A stretch of 64,000 nucleotides of DNA from Eledone cirrhosa (lineage: Eukaryota): contig OZ024745.1 of the NCBI GenBank assembly GCA_964016885.1, positions 130,820,001 to 130,884,000 on the forward strand, in the 5' to 3' direction. Made by a program: the position numbers and the translations under genes. A model generated the notes under the pieces. The model did not search any database, had not been told where the DNA came from, and saw only the letters and a program-made list of their open reading frames with translations. Shown one piece after another: positions 1 through 16,329 of the stretch. Numbering within the stretch: the first letter of the stretch is position 1; each line of letters starts with the position of its first letter.

Positions 1-34
1 TATATATATATATATGTGTGTGTGTGTCTGTGTC

Positions 35-87
<53 letters not shown>

Positions 88-202
88 ATATGTACGTTTG
101 TGTAAGTTTGCGTTTATTTCTCTCTACGCTTTCTCCCTCTCTCTCCCTCTCTGCCTCTTTCTCTTTCTCTCTCTCTCTAGATATATGTATATATATATAT
201 AT

Positions 203-252
<50 letters not shown>

Positions 253-264
253 ATGTATGTATGT

Positions 265-358
<94 letters not shown>

Positions 359-573
359 ATATATTTAGAGAGAGAGAGAGAAAGAGGGACTACTTTATAA
401 ACTTTCAAGAACGAATTCGCTACCGTTAAGAAGAGGAGGCGAAGCTGTGTTATTTGAACTTTGTATGTTGCATTGTCAATGGATTCAAAGAAATATTCCG
501 CTCATATCATTTCTAAATATGCCTTTTAAATAAATACTCATTCCGTAAAAAAATCGTAAATACCTCTACCGCC

Positions 574-620
<47 letters not shown>

Positions 621-631
621 TCTCTCTCTCT

Positions 632-1063
<432 letters not shown>

Positions 1064-1077
1064 ATATATATATATAT

Positions 1078-2310
1078 ATAAAGGTTTATATATATATATA
1101 TATAAAGTCATAAATATATATGTGTTTTGCAACGGGTCACTTTGTGGCTCAATGAAGAATTAATAAATTAAATAATCAGAGCTATATATCATAAAACATG
1201 TCTATAGAATCGCCAGATAAAATATATACCGTTTCCTCTCCCAATAAGTATAATTAACCATATAAAAAATCAATTAGACCAAGCTATAAGAATAAAGGCT
1301 CCTATGAAGAAATCTCCGACAAATAACCGAAAGTAGCCCCTTCGCGGTGGTTACGACGGATTATTTATCGAATATTTCTACAGCATGTATAAATCGACCA
1401 GATATACAGTCAACTAAACAGAATTAGGTGTAAAATAAACTAGAAGAAAGTGTACATATTTAATTACCTCTACCATGGTTTCATCCGCATTTTAAGACAT
1501 CCGATAACATTGGAAATCTAGAGCTTCGGATTCTTCAGGAAGTTAGCTCAAATTTAGACAATTAATTTTCCAAAGTGATCGCGCCAAGAATACATTCAAA
1601 AATAGCTAAGAATCGTGACGTTTCAGCGTCACGATTCTTAGCCATTTTTATATAGCTCTGATTATTAAATTTATTAATTCTTCATTGAGCCACAAAGTGA
1701 CCCGTTGCAAAACACATATATATTTATGACTTTATAAATATATATATATGTAAACCTTTATATGTAATAATCCCCCGTTAGGTTGAGATACAATTTTGGC
1801 TGTATTGGGCTGCGCTTTCTAGCAAAAAGCCTACCAGCCGTAAGCAACTAATCACATCCTTTCTAACTTGACCGCTGCCACGTCACGATTCTTAGCCATT
1901 TTTTAATGTATTCTTGGCGCGATCACTTTGGAAAATTAATTGTCTAAATTTGAGCTAACTTCCTGAAGAATCCGAAGCTCTAGATTTCCAATGTTATCGG
2001 ATGTCTTAAAATGCGGATGAAACCATGGTAGAGGTATTTAAATATCTACACTTTCTTCTAGTTTATTTTGCACCTAATTCTGTTTAGTTGACTGTATATC
2101 TGGTCGATACATGCTGTAGAAATATTCGATAAATAATCCGTCGTAACCGCCGCGAAGGGGCTGATTTCGGTTATTTGTCAGAGATTTCTTCATAGGAGCC
2201 TTTATTCTTATAACTTGGTCTAATTGATTTTTTATATGGTTAATTATACTAATTGGGAGAGGAAACGGTATATATTTTATCTGGCGATTCTATAGACATG
2301 TTTTATGATA
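1078..2310. mobile_element. PLE-derived fold-back unit (left arm minus ~1080-1620, right arm plus ~1880-2310, rearranged middle)
   Basis: 1188-1620 is the reverse complement of 1880-2310, and 1080-1187 of 1650-1762; (TA)n on both sides; HHR inside; diverged relative at 37490-37790. Confidence 0.75.
1958..2035 (+). ncRNA. Type-I hammerhead ribozyme motif (mirror copy ~1465-1545, minus)
   Basis: acttc-CTGAAGA-atccg...cggat-GAAA-CCATGG-TA-gaggt; stems I and II pair, stem III palindromic. Confidence 0.7.
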
Positions 2311-2326
2311 TATATATATATGTGTG

Positions 2327-2398
<72 letters not shown>

Positions 2399-3020
2399 AA
2401 TGAAAGTTGCGGCGCTCAGCCACCACCCACGGAGGAAAATAATATTCGAAGCACTCAATATATATATATATATATATATATATACAAATCTAAACTATAA
2501 CAAAGTAAGTAGTACGGGGACTGCGTCCAGAATATATTTTTTTGTCCTGTTTGTAAAATAAGTTGGATTACATGAATATTACATAATTTTTGTACTAAAT
2601 TTCTTTATTCTTGATTAAATATAAATAATTTTGTTGCTTATTTTAAGATTCGCCTCTTTAAAATTTTCAAATATCAATACTTCCGGTTAGCGATCGCTTA
2701 AATAAACATTAATAAATTTCTGTCACTAATTTTCTCCGAATGCAGTTTATATATAATATCGTCTTTTTATCATGGATTACGTCACTGATTACATAAGACA
2801 GTGTAACAACGTCTTCGTTCAATTTCTGTGTATATTGTCAATTACGATGTTATTTGATGTATCATATCTACATGTGTATATACTTGCGTATAATATCAAT
2901 ATACACACTACACATGCTACCAGAAAACCGGAGCTCAGCCGTCGGGGTCCGATCCTGAATCTTTTCATATATATACAAAGAGAGAGAGAGAGAGAGAAAT
3001 GGATGAATATATATATATAT

Positions 3021-3225
3021 AACGAAGGAAGTGTGGTAAGGAAACAGGTGGACCATAACGCACCAGAGTACTCAATACTTTGGGTAGTAGAGTGCGTAAT
3101 AAGGAAAGACTCAGAACCCCGACGGTAGAGCTCGAGCCGTTTCGACAGCTATATTTATATATATGAGTCCAGAAATAGCTGTCGAAACAGCTTGAGCTCT
3201 GTCGTCGGGGTTCAGACACTTTTCC
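3021..3225. mobile_element. Fold-back unit, 'gagctc' family (other copies 39178-39360, 55335-55450; fragments 2930-2965, 3625-3670, 19520-19570)
   Basis: Inverted arms gaaccccgacggtagagctc...gacagctat / atagctgtcgaaacagcttgagctctgtcgtcggggttc plus one-sided tail, (TA)n flanks; PLE origin inferred from architecture only. Confidence 0.6.
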
Positions 3226-3249
3226 TATATATATATACACACACACACG

Positions 3250-3347
<98 letters not shown>

Positions 3348-3431
3348 AGATGGTGTGTGTGTGTATACATATATATTCATCCATCTCTCTCTCTCGCTCT
3401 CTCTCTCGCTCTCTCTCTTTGTGTATATATA

Positions 3432-3550
3432 GTAATAATAACTGTGAAGACTAAAATGCGAAGAGGGCTCGATAAGGATTATATATATAGTTTCAGAAGA
3501 TCCCGTTAAGGGTAAAAGCAGCGATTCTTTGCTTAAACTTTAATCTGTAC
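3432..3550. mobile_element. PLE family B terminus (also 4176-4335, 18808-18858, 24142-24690, 30238-30476, 35177-35555, 50646-50742)
   Basis: Shared gtttcagaagatcccgttaagggtgaaagcagcgattctttgcttaaactttaatctg and ...gagccctctttggattttagtcttc...attattac(TA)n. Confidence 0.7.
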
Positions 3551-4049
3551 TTATAATTATATATATATATACATATATATATATATAGTGAGAGAGAGAA
3601 GGAGAGAGGCATATATATTATAAAGAGTCAGGGCCCGACGGCTGAGCTCATGCCGTTTCAACAGCTAGTTCCAGAATGATTGCCAAAAGGGGTTCACATT
3701 TAAGTAGCCTTATCCCCAAGGGTGTGGCTTATCTCTATATAAATGTTTTCAGATAGGAAATTATTTTTCTCATTTTTCATGTTACCTTCATAGCTCACTA
3801 TTCTATTGATTAGATTATGGTGAGGTATTTATTATGTTGCTTCTATTACGACATCGGAATAGGGTTAATGAGGTCGGTAAGCCCTACAACGTGTTGACCT
3901 AGCAGGGCCACAGTCCTACGGCGAAAGCTAGTAACAAGGGTAATTAACAATATGTATGCGTGTGCGAGTGTGTGTGTGTTTGAATGAGTATGTGTTACCT
4001 ATGTTTATGTATATATGTGTGTGAGTGTGAGTCGGTGTTTGCATGTGTT

Positions 4050-4081
<32 letters not shown>

Positions 4082-4102
4082 AAATATATGTATATATACG
4101 TG

Positions 4103-4179
<77 letters not shown>

Positions 4180-4829
4180 ATAATAATAAATTTGGAGACT
4201 AAAATCCAAAGAGGGCTCGATAAGGATAAATATATATCAAATATATAAGAACCGTAGAGAAAATATTTATTAAAATAACAGATTAAAGTTTAAGCAAAGA
4301 ATCGCTACTTTCACCCTTAACGGGATCTTCTGAAGATCTATATATATATATATGGGGTGATATGTGTGTATGTTTGGTGGACTCTCCTGTCGAACTTGAC
4401 ATATGAATGTCCAACAGCTTTACTTTCGTCATTTAGCTTATGTCTATCTCTAAGGTGTCAATCAATTCCCGTCTGTTCCTGGAACTACAATACTATATAA
4501 TCAGACAAGTACAGTGAGCTGCCAAGTTTCAGAAGTGAGCAAACAATAGCTAGTGATCTTTTCCTCGCCCCCTGCAAGGTTGGGAAATCAGTTCTGTTTC
4601 CAACAAGACCAGCTTTGTCGCCGTTGGAGGACACAGATTGCACAATACCTTACATTTTTGTGATCTAACCGCCATTACCCAATGATCGCCACTGTGTAGA
4701 ATGCCAGCTAGATAGTTAGATAGAGTGGGTGAGAGAGAGAAAGAGAGACAGGGTGATAATATATATATATATGTGTGTGTGTACGTCTCTCTCTTTCTAT
4801 ATATATATAAATATATATATATATATACG

Positions 4830-5080
4830 ATATTAACAAATGGAAACTATATTTATAAAACCATATTTATTTCATTATACATATTTCAAGGATACCAAGT
4901 TAAATTATGGTATGCCTTCATCAGACAAAATACAATATATACCAGTTTTATAAATATAGTTATATATATAGTTTCCATTTGTTAATATCGTATATCTACT
5001 CCAAATACTTGTCGAGTGGTTTATATCAGTTATAAAAATATTTACTTGTTGTATCCCAACAATTTAAATACAACTTTTGC
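4830..5080. mobile_element. PLE family C fold-back with HHR at 4870-4930 (minus)
   Basis: Inverted ends aaatggaaactatatttataaaa; minus strand reads ttttgt-CTGATGA-aggcatacca...tggtatcctt-GAAA-tatgta-TA-atgaa. Confidence 0.7.
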
Positions 5081-5149
5081 ATATATATATATATATATAT
5101 TATTTTCATCCAGTTTCACAAACACTTTATCACCAATACTCCAACAGAC

Positions 5150-5986
<837 letters not shown>

Positions 5987-6367
5987 ATTCAAAATATTAA
6001 TAAATGAAGACGTTCACATAATCAAAATATATGTTTTATTATATATATTTCGGAGGTATAATATTAATAATATTAATAACTCCAGAAAACTTCTTTGTAG
6101 GATGCTTTTAATTTATTGTAAAACTATATTCATTGAGTAATCAGTGAACCATATTAATCTTTGTGTATATATATATATACATTGATGCATAAGTGTGGCC
6201 GAAACTCGAATCCGGAACTAATATAGGCACCCGTTTACGTGTGTTGTATTGAAGCGAATAACTATGTGTATAGTGTGGGATGTGTTCTACATTATCTATT
6301 GAGTTCGCTGAAATACAACCGGTCCTGCCATTGTTAAATATGCTAAGTCCGTCAACTCCTTATTATA

Positions 6368-6549
6368 GTGGATTGGCAGTATCGGTAGAGGGTCTGACGC
6401 CATGCTTTGCAGCAAAGAGTTACGGCCCTTTATGATCTGTGTTCAAATCCCGCCGAGGTTAACTTTGCCTTTCATCCTTACGGGGTCGATAAAATAAAGT
6501 ACCAGTAATGTACTGGGATAATTGCTGACCCTGTGCCAAAAGTAGAAAC

Positions 6550-6555
<6 letters not shown>
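6368..6555 (+). mobile_element. tRNA-derived SINE group A (short-tail form)
   Basis: A box TGGCAGTATCGG, B box GTTCAAATC, conserved gcctttcatccttacggggtcgataaaataaagtaccag block; about 14 copies in the window. Confidence 0.85.
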
Positions 6556-6619
<64 letters not shown>

Positions 6620-6620
<1 letters not shown>

Positions 6621-7112
6621 TACACATACATAAATACATATACATACGTACATACATACATACATGCATACACATACATACATACACACACACATACACA
6701 CATACATACATACATACATACATACATACATACATACATACATACATACATACACACATACTCACAAATACATACATACATACATACATACATACATACA
6801 TACACACATACATACACACACATACATACATACGCACACACATACACACAAATACATACATACATACATACATACATACATACATACATACATACATACA
6901 TACATACATACACACATATATACACACACATACATACATACGCACACACATACACACAAATACATACATACATACATACATACATACATACATACATACA
7001 TACACACATATATACACACACATACATACATACGCACACACATACACACAAATACATACATACATACATACATACATACATACATACATACATACATACA
7101 TACATACATACA

Positions 7113-7143
<31 letters not shown>

Positions 7144-7160
7144 TTATATGTATACACATA
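6620..7160 (+). repeat. (TACA)n microsatellite with higher-order repeat unit
   Basis: Direct reading; cgcacacacatacacacaaa recurs three times. Confidence 0.95.
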
Positions 7161-7404
7161 CCTGAAATCTACCATATTTTAACACACAGGCTGTCCGTTT
7201 TGAAGCGAAGTAAACAACTAATATGTCTGCCTTAGTTCCATTTTGAACGTCGGCCAATCTCTATAATAGGTCCTTCCATCAACTTAGAGATTATAAAGGA
7301 TTGCCCCGCGGCCATATTGAGCTTGGTGTAGAAAGCAAATACCACTTGTATTGTCAATCACCTTAATCAAAATAAACCACGATATCTAATGTACAACAAG
7401 ATCC

Positions 7405-7433
7405 TCTATCTCTCTCGCTTTCTCTCTTTCCCT

Positions 7434-7529
<96 letters not shown>

Positions 7530-7704
7530 CTCTCTCGTTCTCTTTCTATCTACCTAGCTCTCTCGCTCACGCTGTCCTTCTATCTATATCTATATCACTC
7601 TCTCTCTCTCTCTCTCATTATATTCCTCTCTCACTCTCTCACTAGCTCTCTCTCACTCTCTCTCTCTCTCTCTCTCGCTCGCTCTCTCTCTCTCTCTTCC
7701 TCTT

Positions 7705-7743
<39 letters not shown>

Positions 7744-7761
7744 TCTTCCTCTTCTCTCTCT

Positions 7762-7843
<82 letters not shown>

Positions 7844-7975
7844 CACTTTTTATCTAGCTATCTAGCTCTCTCGCTCTCTATCTATCTATATCTATATTCA
7901 CTCTCTCTTTCTCTCTATCTATCTATCTCTCCCTCTCTCTCTCTCTCTATCTCTATTCGATCGCTTGTTCTCTCT
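7405..7975 (+). repeat. (CT)n-rich microsatellite
   Basis: Direct reading. Confidence 0.95.
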
Positions 7976-7996
7976 CTATGTGTATGCCTGTGAATG

Positions 7997-8064
<68 letters not shown>

Positions 8065-8350
8065 GGTGTGTGTGTGTATGTAGGTCTGTGTGTATGAATA
8101 TGAATGTTTGTACGTATATATGTGTATATATGTGTGTATATGTATGTGTGTATATATATGTGTGTATATGTGTATGTACGTATGTATGCATGTGTGCATA
8201 TCTGCATATATGTATGTGTATGCGTGCCTGCCGGTGAGACTTATGTATGTGATGAGACAATACATTGTATATACGTATACGAAAATATAGAATGAATTTG
8301 TGTCTAAGCTAGACATAGAGATAAATAAACTGAAATATATGCATGAATAA

Positions 8351-8421
<71 letters not shown>

Positions 8422-8429
8422 ATATATAA

Positions 8430-8465
<36 letters not shown>

Positions 8466-8479
8466 AGAGAGAGAGAGGA

Positions 8480-8520
<41 letters not shown>

Positions 8521-8591
8521 CAGGAATAAATAGATAGATAAACATATATATATATATATAATATATATATATATATATTATATATACAATA

Positions 8592-8809
8592 TATTAAATG
8601 GAAATTTATTATACATATTTCAAGGGCAACCAAGGCAAAATTATGGTGCGCTTTCATCAGATAAAATACAGATTTATTTTATAAATAAATATTGACATAC
8701 CCTGAAAACAGACAACCTTAACGGTTGGAGTTTCCTGGATAGTGGAGATGGTACATTTATTGAGGGTGATACAAAGTTATGAGTGAGTATGCAAATGAGA
8801 GCGCAAATG

Positions 8810-8810
<1 letters not shown>
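8592..8810 (-). mobile_element. PLE family C end with HHR at 8605-8666
   Basis: Minus: ttttat-CTGATGA-aagcgcacca...tggttgccctt-GAAA-tatgta-TA-ataaa. Confidence 0.7.
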
Positions 8811-8888
<78 letters not shown>

Positions 8889-9009
8889 AGGTTTTCCATC
8901 ACCTCTACTCGGAGTCTTTCGTTTCCACTTTTCACGTCAAAAATGAAATCGTGTTCACGCGTGCGGGTGCACTTGCATATGTATATATGCATGTATGTAT
9001 ATATATATG

Positions 9010-9064
<55 letters not shown>

Positions 9065-9302
9065 TGTGTGTGTATGTGTGTGTGTGTATTTATATGTATA
9101 TGCATGTATGTATATATATATATATAAATGTGTATATGTGTGTATGAGTGTGTGTGTGTGTGTGTGTATTGTATTTATATATATGTGTGTGTTTGTGTGC
9201 GTATGTATGTATATATATATATATGTATATATATATTTAGATATATATATATATGTGTGTATATATATATATATATACATACATGCATATATACATATAA
9301 AT

Positions 9303-9359
<57 letters not shown>

Positions 9360-9366
<7 letters not shown>

Positions 9367-9529
9367 CCAAATATTAACAACAAATGAAAGATATTCACAG
9401 AATGAAAATATATGCTTTATTATATATATTTCAAAGGTACTGTGTTGTTTCAGTACGTCCTCATCAGATAAAATATATGATTTGATATATGACATACCGC
9501 TACGGTCTTGATTATACAATCCTAGTATT

Positions 9530-9532
<3 letters not shown>
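9360..9532 (-). mobile_element. PLE family C-like end with HHR at 9416-9473
   Basis: Minus: tttat-CTGATGA-ggacgtactg...cagtaccttt-GAAA-TATATA-TA-ataaa. Confidence 0.65.
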
Positions 9533-9557
<25 letters not shown>

Positions 9558-9563
<6 letters not shown>

Positions 9564-9932
9564 TAAATGGAAACTATATTTATAAAAACCATAATTATTT
9601 TATTATACATATTTCAAGGGCAACCAAGGCAAATTATGGTGCGCTTTCATCACATAAATACAGATTTTGTTTTATAAATAAATATGACATACCCGGAAAA
9701 AAAGACAACCTTAACGGTTGGAGCTTCCTGTATTTTATTTGATGAAAGCGCACCATAATGTGCCTTGGTTGCCCTTTAAATATGTATAATAAAATAAATA
9801 TGGTTTTATAAATATAGTTTCCATTTATTAATATATTGTGTATTTACTCCACTAACTTGTTGAGTGCTTTATATCAGTTATAAAAAATGTTTAAGCTTGT
9901 TGAATCCCAACAAATTAAATATAACCTCTGCA
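9558..9932. mobile_element. PLE family C fold-back (arms 9560-9665 / 9729-9835, tail to 9932)
   Basis: Inverted arms each with a C3-mutated HHR; tail homologous to 4990-5080. Confidence 0.7.
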
Positions 9933-9948
9933 TATATACATATATATA

Positions 9949-9996
<48 letters not shown>

Positions 9997-10327
9997 CGAA
10001 AGATTACACGCTCATACACTCAAGTCTTAAAATGCCAATAATGGAAACGTATTTCCGTGCTGAAGTTCCTTTATACATTTTTATTCTTAAAGTTTCCCTT
10101 TATCTTACGCTGCTCGCTGTATCAACAATTTACTCTCTAAACCTTAATCCTTAGGCTATTTGTGTTGACTTTTATTGCGCTGCTATTTACTTCTGTCTTC
10201 AATCTATCAACATCACGACCTACCTATCTATATAGGTATGCGTCTGTGTGTGTGTGTGTGTGTCTATGTATGCATGTAATATGTATGTATCTATATATCT
10301 ATGTATGTATGCATGTATGTATGTATG

Positions 10328-10384
<57 letters not shown>

Positions 10385-10481
10385 ATATATATATATATTT
10401 ATATATATATATATATATTAAAATAGACGTATACATATATATATATATACATTTGCCTTTGGGTATGTGTATATATATGTA

Positions 10482-10520
<39 letters not shown>

Positions 10521-10604
10521 CATACATACACTACAAGATAAATTCTAAAAGCAATGTGGGAGAGGAAAAGAGAGATAGAACTGGGAGTATATAATTAAAT
10601 AGTG

Positions 10605-10669
10605 AGAAGAAGAAGAAGAAGAAGAAGAAGAAGAAGAAGAAGAAGAAGAAGAAGAAGAAGAAGAAGAAG

Positions 10670-10699
<30 letters not shown>
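10605..10699 (+). repeat. (GAA)n microsatellite
   Basis: Direct reading. Confidence 0.95.
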
Positions 10700-10700
<1 letters not shown>

Positions 10701-10889
10701 TTGTGGCTGTGAGATTGAAATAGAGAGAGATAAAGGCAATTACGTGTATATGTGTGTTTATATTTGTTTATGTATAGAGGGAAAGATAAAGAGAGGGGGA
10801 GAGAGAGGTGAGGGGGGGGGGGGTTAGACGAAAGTGTGTGAGAGGGGGGAGAGGGAAAGAGATAGGAAAAGAGGGAGAGTGAGAGGTTT

Positions 10890-11267
<378 letters not shown>

Positions 11268-11429
11268 GTTACTTCCCACAACGATTTCGTTGCATCATTT
11301 TGAAATTTAACAGACACGAATCTATTCACTGAATTTCACACCGCAAAAACACCGGCCCTTTGTATTAGACGAGTTTTTATTGAGCTTCAACCCCCGCCAT
11401 TATTATCATTACCCCAACAGCACTTCTAC

Positions 11430-11500
<71 letters not shown>

Positions 11501-11513
11501 CAGCAGCTGTAGC

Positions 11514-11581
<68 letters not shown>

Positions 11582-11633
11582 CAGCAGTAGTAGTTGTAGT
11601 AGTAACAGCAATAGTAGTAGTAGTAGTAGTAGT

Positions 11634-11694
<61 letters not shown>
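11430..11694 (+). repeat. (GTA)n/(GCA)n compound microsatellite
   Basis: Direct reading. Confidence 0.95.
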
Positions 11695-11917
11695 AACTAC
11701 AACTACCAACACCACCACCACCACTTACTTCCATTACAACGAACACCACACCCTCACCAACTTCATCTCTTTTGTTTCCATTACCAAGTTTGGATTTCAG
11801 AATCACGATAGCTGTAATTTCCTCTCCAGCCAGTAATATTACAGTATCACGTATGCGAAATTTCTATTTTGATAACTTTGTGTGTGTGTGCGCGCGCGTG
11901 CGTGCGTGCGTGTGTGC

Positions 11918-12008
<91 letters not shown>

Positions 12009-12450
12009 TTATTCTCAGGATTCATTTGGGGGGGGGGGGGTCTTTTAGCTAGAAGTAGCTGTGACTGTAATTCTGTCAAACCAGCTTAGTTTGATGGATC
12101 GTGAGCTCAAATGCGTTACGTGTCTTTTTCGCAATGATCATTGACCGAAACATTTTAAACAACACGTTCCTTTGTTCAACGGGTCGCTTGAATGAGCCCT
12201 TAGTCTACGTGAATGTTTTAAATCTTTCACTATTTTTTAAAATATTGAAATTAATAGCGGTGCCGCAGCATGGCCTCAGCCTGTCGACTGGAACATATAA
12301 TGGCGTTAATAGAGTCAAAGTTAATCAAGAAGTTGGAAGGATTTAGTAATATAACTAATTTTCTTATTCTTTATCTGGTGTTCAGTGCATAACAAAGGTT
12401 TGTACATAAAATTATGATGGAAGCTATTTTTTTATATAAATTTAAACACT

Positions 12451-12690
12451 TTAACCCTTTATTTACCAACCCGGCCAAAACCTGCTTTGGTTCTATGAAA
12501 TAAAATCACCCATTTTAAACGTTTGCAATCTAAATTAAAATCTTCTAACATAATTTTATAAAAGAGCCTTACATTAAGTTACTATCTTAGTAATGAAATA
12601 ATTTATAATTCTATTAAATCCCTCAAAATGCTTCATTAATTAATTAAAATAGAATGTATTTCATTAAGAATGCTGTCATGGAAGGGGTAA
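12451..12690. mobile_element. Possible old TTAA-flanked MITE (piggyBac-like termini)
   Basis: Begins TTAA-CCCTTT, ends with degenerate inverted aaggggtaa; AT-rich non-coding interior. Confidence 0.35.
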
Positions 12691-13062
12691 AAAGGTTGAG
12701 TATCTTAAAATCGAAAAGGGTTACAGATGGTTTGTATCAAAAGATTAACGTAAGTTGAACAACAGATTGGTATACACTCTAGAACAAAGGGTTGCTTTCT
12801 TTTACATCTAGTGACAAATTCTTGAATACTTAGCTAGATTATGTGTTTCATTGCATAGTATAAACATTTTCTTTTAGCCGAAGAACATGGTAACTAATTA
12901 CGATAAATCATTTATTCTTATACTCCACCATGTCTGCTATCTCATTAAGTTGCAGAATATTAAAATAGATTTCGAAATATACATTGAGGAACTGGAATAA
13001 CGCCTTTTCCTATACATAAATACTTACGTGTTAATGACATAATTAAAAACCTTCATATATAA

Positions 13063-13438
13063 ATAGTGGTAAGGGTATTGGACTTACGATCATAATGTTG
13101 TGGGTTCGATTACTGGGCTGCGTGTTGTGTTCTTTAGCAAAAGGTTCATGTTGCTCCAGTAAACTCACCTGAAAATGAGTACCAGCAATAGCTGGGGTTT
13201 TACCCTGCGATTAACTAGGATCCTGTCCAGGGACGGGTATTATACTTTCAGTCGCTTCACGCAACGAAACCGAGATAAACACCGGCCTGACGAGTCTCTG
13301 GGCTCAAGATAGACTTCAACCCTGCGATGGACTGGTGTCCTTTCCAAGGGGTTGAGGTATTTTACTCTCAGTCGCTTCACGCCTCGAAACCGGGATAAGT
13401 ATCGGCCTGACGAAGCTCCTGGCTCGAAACAGACTTTA
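13063..13438 (+). mobile_element. tRNA-derived SINE group B (CORE-like) with tandem duplication of its 3' half (13318-13438)
   Basis: tagtggtaag A-box remnant, GGTTCGATT B box, ...gttgctccagtaaactcacctgaaaatgagtacc, then cctgcga...gtcgcttcacgc...cagactt twice. Confidence 0.8.
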
Positions 13439-14035
13439 GACGTACAAATAAGACTGGTTAGGACTTATGGACATTCTAACCACATATGAGCAGCAATTTT
13501 AAAATAACATGCAAGTCAATGTTTTTGTGTGCAACACTAATATTCATCTGTCTGAAAATATGTATGTACGTATGCAGGTATGTATGTATGGATGTTTGTA
13601 CGTACGTATGTGTGCCGGTATGTATGCACGTGTGTATGTTTGTGCGTACGTATGTACGTATGTACGTATGTACGTATGTAGGTGTGTACGTATGTATATA
13701 TGTTGGATTTATGAACCCGTAACTCTTGATGCAGTCGTAAGTGCGCCATTTTGACATACGGCATGTCTTGGGTATTTTAAACTTGGCAGAGACCATCTCT
13801 CTCCAGATGTGGATACTACCGATTTCTTCCAAAGAATGAAAGAGATTGGTGGAGAGAAAGTTAGAGAGAGATGTGGAGGAATACCCATCAGTAGTAATAG
13901 ACGGGTATTTCTTGGATAAATCTCAAAAGAATGAAAGGCAATTTAATTAGATGCTTTGATCAAATATGTTATAGTAAAATGAGATAGAGATTTGTAATTC
14001 TGTTGTCTCTCTCCATGTTGTTAGTGACATCGCGG

Positions 14036-14365
14036 TGGCAAACCCCTTGTCTGGAATGCCACTTGAAGCGACACTCTCTCCAGCCGCAACCTGGTGCAGT
14101 CTGCGACCAACCCAGGTTCTGCTGCACGTCGGGCTGAGGAGGCCAAACTCTCCAAGTACCGGTCGCTCTCCGATAGGTTCGCGGTCGTTCCCTTGGCATT
14201 GGAGACTTCTGGTCTCCTTGGCCCTAGGGCTAGCTCACTATACACCACCATAGGCGCTAGGCTGGCCAGCTGCAGGTGTGAGCCTCGCGAGTTGAAATGA
14301 CTCTTCCAGTGCATCTCCATTACCATCCTCCGGGGAAACGCCTTCTCCATTCTGTACGCCAGGGC
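14036..14365 (+). pseudogene. C-terminal restriction-like endonuclease fragment of a CRE-clade-like non-LTR retrotransposon
   Basis: Reads GKPLVWNAT*SDTLSS...AARRAEEAKLSKY...VPLALETSGLLGP...GARL...EPRELK*LFQCISITILRGNAFSIL, matching the WDAT/K..KY/P.A.ET.G/QRISIAIQRGNA pattern; two in-frame TGA. Confidence 0.75.
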
Positions 14366-14787
14366 TGTGTGTTGTGGGGGGGGGGCAGCACGTGGGACCC
14401 ATTTGTTCACCATACGGAGTAATAGGCAAAGTTATAAACTATTGTTTCTATCGGTTGGAAGTCGGTGTAACAATTCTGTGGTTTTCAGTTTTCACGAAAT
14501 GAAATGAAGTAACTTCAACCATGAATTGAACCAGTGTTGTTAAGTTTCCGCTTGTCAGGAATTTACCTATTGGTCTCTGTAAATAAGTCTATATAGAATG
14601 CGAGCAAAACAATTAAAAAAATAGCTACAAAAAAGACTAGAAAATTATAAAAGATCTAGTATGTTGTAAAGAAATCAATATTGTTTTGAGGTAATTTTCT
14701 CGTTGCTGAAATCGATTATTGTCGATTCCGTTATCATGCGGCTATCTCATTTCGGTCCTCAGATTTCTGATGACTGCAGTCTCTCTC

Positions 14788-14872
<85 letters not shown>

Positions 14873-14885
14873 ATATATATATATA

Positions 14886-14949
<64 letters not shown>

Positions 14950-15103
14950 TTTGTGTGTGTATTTGTCTGCGTGTGTGAGTGTGTATGTATGGTCTATGTG
15001 CGTGCATATTCCTAGGTGTAAGCATGTGTAAATTATATATATATATATATATATTATATATATTTATATATATATATATATATATGTATATACATATATA
15101 TAT

Positions 15104-15199
<96 letters not shown>

Positions 15200-15270
15200 T
15201 ATATTATATATATATACATGTATATATATACATATATATATTATATATATATACATGTATATATATACAT

Positions 15271-15341
<71 letters not shown>

Positions 15342-15362
15342 TATCTATACACACACACACAC

Positions 15363-15417
<55 letters not shown>

Positions 15418-16329
15418 CACATATATCAAGAGTCGGAAACAGAAACCGCGATAAATGAAGAGACTAGACGCTAATAAGAAGAAATTATCTCCCATGGTAT
15501 CGTTTGGGAGTTTTCATGTCAGGGGTTAATTAAAGTATCTTGTTATCCAACCACTGTTATACTTTTTTGTAATGTTATTGTAATTACTAAAATACACATA
15601 ACAGCAATACTCTAAGACTTTGCACACCAATGGCTAAACAAGCTATTGTACTTGAATGACATTTTTTTTATAATACTCACTTGTAACCCAAACAATTTAG
15701 ATATATGATACATTTCCGCTTGACTAAATTCAACAATTGTATGTAAACAAGCTATGTTATTCGGTTAAACCTCTTATTATGTCTAATTCAAACAGATTCG
15801 AATAACAAATCTGTTGAAAATAATATTCAATCTGTGGAGGGTGGATGAGAGTGTTATGTGATATTATATTGTCTATTTAAGGATACCATTAAATACTCAT
15901 GACCCGCCATTTATTCATCTTTCAGATTTTCTCCACACACCCCTCCCGCTCGTATTCCAGTTCACCGCTTATGAAATTTTGCTATTCTATCTCCGGCGAA
16001 ATTTTATTATCTCCTGCGACAATTAATTTTATTTATACATTAAATAACATTATACATGACAAAAAAAGTATATTACTAAAAATCCCATACGTCATAAAAT
16101 AATAGGGTGGGTTGGGATCTCAATATGTAAACTAAACGTCAAATTCTGGTTTTTAAAAAATCAACGGAGACAACCTAGAAAAATTACCGATAACCAACAT
16201 CCACCCGCTTATTCCAACACCTCCTTCACCCACACTTATTCAATTCCCTTATCATTTGCAGAGGTTTTTGCCTTCTTTGTGAAGTAAATCTTGAACGAGT
16301 CTGTTTATTGGAAATTATCTTTCTTCAAG

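Noticed and set aside
14063-14300. Selenocysteine or readthrough at in-frame TGA codons in the CRE fragment
   Set aside because: Truncated relic; single substitutions from TGC/TGG explain both; no SECIS evident
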